Shown: in pieces, positions 59,910 through 64,000 of the stretch
Numbering within the stretch: position 1 is the stretch's first letter
Layout of the letters: the number at the start of each line of letters is the position of its first letter
Program-made: the position numbers and the translations under genes
The notes under the pieces: generated by a model
Told to the model about the DNA's origin: nothing
Database searches by the model: none
What the model saw: the letters and a program-made list of their open reading frames with translations, nothing else
DNA from: Planctomycetota bacterium
Lineage (GTDB): Bacteria; Planctomycetota; JAJSAM01; JAJVHW01
DNA length: 64,000 bases
NCBI GenBank assembly: GCA_021776825.1
Contig: JAJFFG010000128.1
Coordinates: 353-64,352, forward strand
Reading direction: 5' to 3'

Positions 59910-62855
59910 TCAGTAGAGCCGGAAGCGCCGGAACTCGCGCCACTCGCGCGTACGGTAGTTCCAGTCCCCCTGCGTACAGTCGAACTCTCTCGCGCGCCCC
60001 TTCTCGGGGTCATTCTCGACGACGTGCACGAGGTTGCTCGAGCGCGAGCGTAACAGCAGCCACGATCCACGGACCTCGACCCGATCGGAGGTGGCCCGTA
60101 GGCCACGCGATGACGTGAGAACCACGTTCCTCCGAGCGGACCCCTCCGCGATTGCGTACGTGACGCGATCCTGAAGGCGCCCCGTGGCCTTCGGGTCGAA
60201 CGTCAGGCTGACGCGTTCACACGTGAGTTGCGCGTCCTGGACCCATCGGTGGCCAGCGTCGAGCGACTCCCACCGCATCTGCACATTCCCGGATGCGCGG
60301 CCACCGCTGGGCTTCAGCTCAATCGGGCCCTCCGCATCGATGCGGAGGCGTTCCGGAAGCGGGCGCGGCGTCTCGGGCGTCGGGTCGTCGAACAGGTATC
60401 GGATGATCCGACCACCCTGGCAGGTGATCCGCTTGACCTCTCGTCGCTGTCCCTCTCGCGCTGGGGCGAGCTCGACCTCGATGCGATCGGAGTGGACGAA
60501 GCTGTCGTACGACACGTTCGCGTCGGGCGCGAGGCCGGGGTCGGACAGCGCGGGATCGGACATCACAGGGTTCGTGGCTCGTAGCAGCGCGCGGGCCGGC
60601 CGGCCCGTCACGACAGCGCGGCCACCGACGTGGTCATAGGTCAGGTCGGCGCCGGTCACGACGGTCCGGCGACTCTCGAGCGTCACGCCACCGGAGGCTG
60701 CGATACCGAGGAGGTCGTCGGTTCGGCGGGGGGTCGCGCTGCCGTCCGACTCGCGTAGCGTGGCTCGGATCTCGCTCGCGAGGATCGAGATCTCGCCGGA
60801 GAGGGCGTCGCCCTCTGTGGCGTCGGCGCTGCGGTTGATCACAGCGCGGGCTCCGCGTCGCGCGATCAGTTGTGTGCCGCCGTCCTGGTAGCGGAGCTCG
60901 ACGGCCCGCAACTCGTGGACGCGCGCCGGGCGGCCATCGATGCGCGCTTCCTCGAGGCGGGCGCTGGCCGGTCGGCGGGGTTCGCCAACCACCACCACGT
61001 TGGTGCTGGTCGTGGGGTCGGCGGTCGCGTCGCCCATCCGGCTCGCTGACAGTCGGTCACCCCGGAGCGTGACATGGCGATCGCCCGGCCGCTCCCCACG
61101 GCCCGTGACGAGTACATCGCCGTGCGCGCGCAGGCTGCTCGGCCGCCGGTCCTGCGCGACGCGGACATCCGTCGTTTGCGCGCTCATGCGATACGACTCG
61201 CGCTCTCCAACGATGCGCCGGACCACGACCCCGCCGGTCGCCGAGACGAGCGCGAGTGGTTGCTCGGGCGCGAGATCCTCGGGGCGGTAGTAGGTCGCGT
61301 TGATCTCGTTGCTCGCCGTCAGAAGCAGCCGCGCCGGCTGATCGTCGCGCGCGACGCCGGTGAGGTTCATGCCGCCGGTGTCATCGAAACTCGCCGTCGG
61401 CGTCCCGGTCAGGATCAGCCGCTCGATCCCCTGCTCCGGGTGCACCGTCCACGTGACGTTGCCGCTCTGCGCCCGGAGCGCGAGCCGCTTCAGGTGCACT
61501 CGCTCGGCGTCGCTGCCTGTGGCGGTCAGTGCCTCGGGAACCAGCCGACCGCCGGCCGCCGCGTCGCGGGCTCCGAGCAGGCTGACGACAGGTGCCGCGA
61601 TCTCCGTCTCGAGGTCGCCCGTCTTGGCGTTCCACTGCTTGGCGACGACGCCGTCGCGGAAGGTCGCGTGACTGCGCACGGGTCGGTCGGGTCGCGAGGC
61701 GGCGCCGTCGGTGTGGAACACCGCCGGCCCAGCGCAGGTGACCTCGACACGACCGGTGCCCGAGGTGCTGAGCACACCCTCGAAGATGGCCTGCGTCCCA
61801 CCGAGGAACGTGACGTCGTTGCCGCCCTTGGCGTCGCGCGTGGTTTCGGCGCTTACGGCCCGGATCGAGTATGTCGACGCTCCGTCCTCCCGGAGGCCCT
61901 CGGCAAGCACATTGCCATCCGCGACGGAGCGCAGGATCTCGAGGCCATCACGGGTGCCGCTCGCCAGTCGAAACTCGATCTCCAGCCGCCCGCACCGCAG
62001 CGTGCGGTCGCCCTGCACGACGGTCACGTTCTCGCGGAACTCGACGCGCCAGCGCTTCTGGGATTTGCCAACGCCGTGGACCTCCGCCGATCCAGAGCAC
62101 GTGATCGTGGCTGGAACGGGCGCGGCGCCGGGCACGCCCCCCTCGCCCGCGAGCTCCCCGGGTCGGGTGAGGAACGTCCCGGTCACGTCGCGCTTGAGGA
62201 GCGCGCGGGGTGTGTCGAGGTCGGCGTCCAGGCCCGTGCCCTCGATGTGAGCTCCGCGACCTTCGACGACGACGTGCTCCTCGGTCGAGGCCTGCCGCGT
62301 CTCGGCGTCGACGAACAGACGCTCACTGCGGAGTGTCAGGTCCCCATCCACAGCGTGACGGGTGACGGTGACGTCGCCGACGAGGTCTGCTCGGAACTCC
62401 TCTCCCTCGCGGATGGAGAGCTCGGCTTCGCGCGCGTCGATCCGCGTCGTGTCCGGACCCTCGATGGCTCGCGGTCGCGGCTCAGTGGGTGTCGGGCGGA
62501 GGTGGAAGAGCAGAAGCGCGAACTGCTCGGCGTGCAGTCTTCGCTGCTCGCTCGAGGATCCAGGGCGTGGCTTCTGGCGCGCCCAGCGCGCCTCAAATGC
62601 CCGGTACGGCAGCGGCTGGCCGTCGACGACCTCGGTCCCGTCGCGCGTGACGTGCACACCGGAGCCATCTCCGACGGAGAACCCCCCTCGCATCGGGAGG
62701 ACGCTGCCCGTGTCGTCTGGGCGCGCGACCGGCGTGACGCGCGGCCCCTCGTACCCGCTGGTGACACCGCCCGCACTCCAGATGACGACGGCCATGATGC
62801 CGCCGAAGACAACACCGAAGATCGCGACGCGCCGCAGTCCCGCCAGGCGACTCAT
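59910..62855 (-). CDS. Giant (981 aa) membrane-anchored protein built of repeated LptC/LptA (OstA_N)-like beta-jellyroll modules
   Basis: N-terminal TM VAIFGVVFGGIMAVVIW. Repeated units such as ITCSGSAEVHG...NVTVVQGDRTLRCGRLEIEF. Start overlaps the kdsC stop (ATGA). Occupies the lptC-lptA position after kdsD-kdsC. Confidence 0.6.
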   Translation of the reverse strand: MSRLAGLRRVAIFGVVFGGIMAVVIWSAGGVTSGYEGPRVTPVARPDDTGSVLPMRGGFSVGDGSGVHVTRDGTEVVDGQPLPYRAFEARWARQKPRPGSSSEQRRLHAEQFALLLFHLRPTPTEPRPRAIEGPDTTRIDAREAELSIREGEEFRADLVGDVTVTRHAVDGDLTLRSERLFVDAETRQASTEEHVVVEGRGAHIEGTGLDADLDTPRALLKRDVTGTFLTRPGELAGEGGVPGAAPVPATITCSGSAEVHGVGKSQKRWRVEFRENVTVVQGDRTLRCGRLEIEFRLASGTRDGLEILRSVADGNVLAEGLREDGASTYSIRAVSAETTRDAKGGNDVTFLGGTQAIFEGVLSTSGTGRVEVTCAGPAVFHTDGAASRPDRPVRSHATFRDGVVAKQWNAKTGDLETEIAAPVVSLLGARDAAAGGRLVPEALTATGSDAERVHLKRLALRAQSGNVTWTVHPEQGIERLILTGTPTASFDDTGGMNLTGVARDDQPARLLLTASNEINATYYRPEDLAPEQPLALVSATGGVVVRRIVGERESYRMSAQTTDVRVAQDRRPSSLRAHGDVLVTGRGERPGDRHVTLRGDRLSASRMGDATADPTTSTNVVVVGEPRRPASARLEEARIDGRPARVHELRAVELRYQDGGTQLIARRGARAVINRSADATEGDALSGEISILASEIRATLRESDGSATPRRTDDLLGIAASGGVTLESRRTVVTGADLTYDHVGGRAVVTGRPARALLRATNPVMSDPALSDPGLAPDANVSYDSFVHSDRIEVELAPAREGQRREVKRITCQGGRIIRYLFDDPTPETPRPLPERLRIDAEGPIELKPSGGRASGNVQMRWESLDAGHRWVQDAQLTCERVSLTFDPKATGRLQDRVTYAIAEGSARRNVVLTSSRGLRATSDRVEVRGSWLLLRSRSSNLVHVVENDPEKGRAREFDCTQGDWNYRTREWREFRRFRLY

Positions 62856-63427
62856 CGCGAGTCCTCACGATCCGGAAGGTAGAGATCCAGGACGGCCACG
62901 CGATCACCGCGCGCCTCCAGGATCAGATCGGCCACCTCGCGTACCGCGCCCGCGCCACCACGGCGCCGCGTCACGTAGTCAGCGGCGCGGCGCACCTCGA
63001 CCGTGCCGTCCGCGACGGACAGGGCGAGCCCGGCCAACGAGAGCGCCGGGCCGTCGAGTAGGTCATCTCCGATGTACGCGATCCTCTCGAGGGGGATGCC
63101 CCAGCTCTCGCTCATCGCGCGCAGCGCGCCGGCCTTCTCCCGGCAACCCTCGACGACTTCGTCGACCTTCATCGCGCCGCGGCCGCCGCTCGGAATCCCG
63201 GTACTGCGCCCAGTGATCAGTCCGACGCGCAGGCCCGCCTTGTGGAGCATCCATGTGCCGGAGCCATCGCGGACGTGGAACGACATGGACTCCGAGCCAT
63301 CGCTCGAGACGTGAATGCGGCCGTCGGTCAGGACGCCGTCGACGTCGCAGACGAGAGCCTCCACCCGGGCGAACGCTTCCCGCACCGAGCTGTCGAGCGC
63401 TCCCAGGATCGCCTCAGTCGACGTCAT
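62852..63427 (-). CDS. kdsC: 3-deoxy-D-manno-octulosonate 8-phosphate phosphatase KdsC (HAD)
   Basis: ALVCDVDGVLTDGRIHV, GLITGRS, AYIGDDLLDGPAL, GGAGAVREVADLILEARG. Confidence 0.85.
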   Translation of the reverse strand: MTSTEAILGALDSSVREAFARVEALVCDVDGVLTDGRIHVSSDGSESMSFHVRDGSGTWMLHKAGLRVGLITGRSTGIPSGGRGAMKVDEVVEGCREKAGALRAMSESWGIPLERIAYIGDDLLDGPALSLAGLALSVADGTVEVRRAADYVTRRRGGAGAVREVADLILEARGDRVAVLDLYLPDREDSR

Positions 63428-63488
63428 CGAGAGCGCCGGATCAGCGTGGGCAGAATCGTCAGCCCGGGCGGAGTCGGAGGGGTCGCGA

Positions 63489-64000
63489 TCAGAGCGCAAC
63501 ACCCCACTCCACGACGTCCTGGACATCGAGTAGCCCGATGACGCGACCGGTGTCGTCGACAACCGGGATCTCGTCGATCTGGTGCTCCTTGATGAGCCGG
63601 TACGTCTCTGCGAGTAGGTCGCTGGTTCTCGCCACCTTGGGTCCCGCGGTCATCACGGCCGAGACCTCGAGGTCGAGCAGCCCGGGCTTCTCGAGTAGGC
63701 CGCGGCGCAGGTCGCCATCCGTGAGGATGCCCAGCAGCGTACCCCCGGGCTCCGCCACGAGGAGGGCGCCGGAGCGGGGTCGAAGCGGGTCGGACATCTC
63801 ACGCAGGGCGGTCGCAATCGTCGTGCCGGGAGCGACGGTGGTGACGGCCTCGAGCGGCCGCATCACCTCCCCGACGGTCACCAGTGAGCGCCCGAGCGCG
63901 CCACCGGGGTGGAACAGCGCGTAGTCCTCTCTGCGAAAGGACTTACGGTGCGCCACCGCCATCGCCAGAGCGTCACCGAGGGCGAGCATTGCGGTGGTGC
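63489..64000 (-). CDS. kdsD: Arabinose-5-phosphate isomerase KdsD/KpsF, C-terminal CBS-domain portion (gene continues beyond the window end)
   Basis: Tandem CBS domains VGEVMRP...IDEIPVVDDTGRVIGLLDVQDV. SIS C-terminal residues. Confidence 0.75.
   Translation of the reverse strand, partial: TTAMLALGDALAMAVAHRKSFRREDYALFHPGGALGRSLVTVGEVMRPLEAVTTVAPGTTIATALREMSDPLRPRSGALLVAEPGGTLLGILTDGDLRRGLLEKPGLLDLEVSAVMTAGPKVARTSDLLAETYRLIKEHQIDEIPVVDDTGRVIGLLDVQDVVEWGVAL

Overview
This window is about 70% GC and has the gene content of a myxobacterial-type (Myxococcota / delta-proteobacterial) chromosome. It covers the replication-origin neighbourhood and several accessory islands. Coordinates follow the supplied ORF track, with internal starts computed by codon offset. 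Direct reading of position labels disagreed with the track by 1 nt in at least two places, so treat all coordinates as ±1-3 nt.

Core genes:
- dnaA, an oriC-like dnaA-dnaN intergenic region with DnaA boxes, dnaN, a DUF721/DciA-like gene and gyrB (52.2-58.3 kb).
- parB bracketed by two perfect parS palindromes, with no adjacent parA (35.5-37.1 kb).
- kdsD (partial), kdsC and a giant LptC/LptA-like protein, tatA, a T2SS-E N-terminal-domain protein, a sigma-70 family factor plus HemW, a WbaP-like priming glycosyltransferase, PRODH, a carbamoyltransferase, an acyl-CoA dehydrogenase and an IscS-like cysteine desulfurase.

Accessory or unusual content:
1. A 10-kb operon (7.7-17.7 kb) of a YtrA-type GntR regulator, an ABC ATPase, two paralogous 7-TM permeases with C-terminal periplasmic beta-propellers, and three tandemly duplicated secreted CarboxypepD_reg-like proteins. 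A fourth paralog and an intergenic repeat field lie upstream.
2. A translationally coupled triad (24.06-28.98 kb): a Tat-exported DUF1501 protein, a decaheme c-type cytochrome with an LVIVD beta-propeller, and a secreted 8x EF-hand protein.
3. A minus-strand gene chain joined by 4-nt overlaps: pabA/trpG-like, pyrF, a SAM methyltransferase, bshC, bshB and bshA. This is a complete bacillithiol pathway with an embedded methyltransferase, so N-methyl-bacillithiol is predicted. It sits immediately downstream of an MglA-like Ras GTPase fused to a GAF-histidine kinase.
4. A GntR gene whose only in-frame start requires a +1 slip in a G8/C7 homopolymer tract.
5. Two proteins carrying a HExxH...EGFA (DUF1570-like) metallopeptidase-like domain.

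No rRNA, CRISPR, transposase or integrase was recognised. tRNAs could not be excluded by eye.
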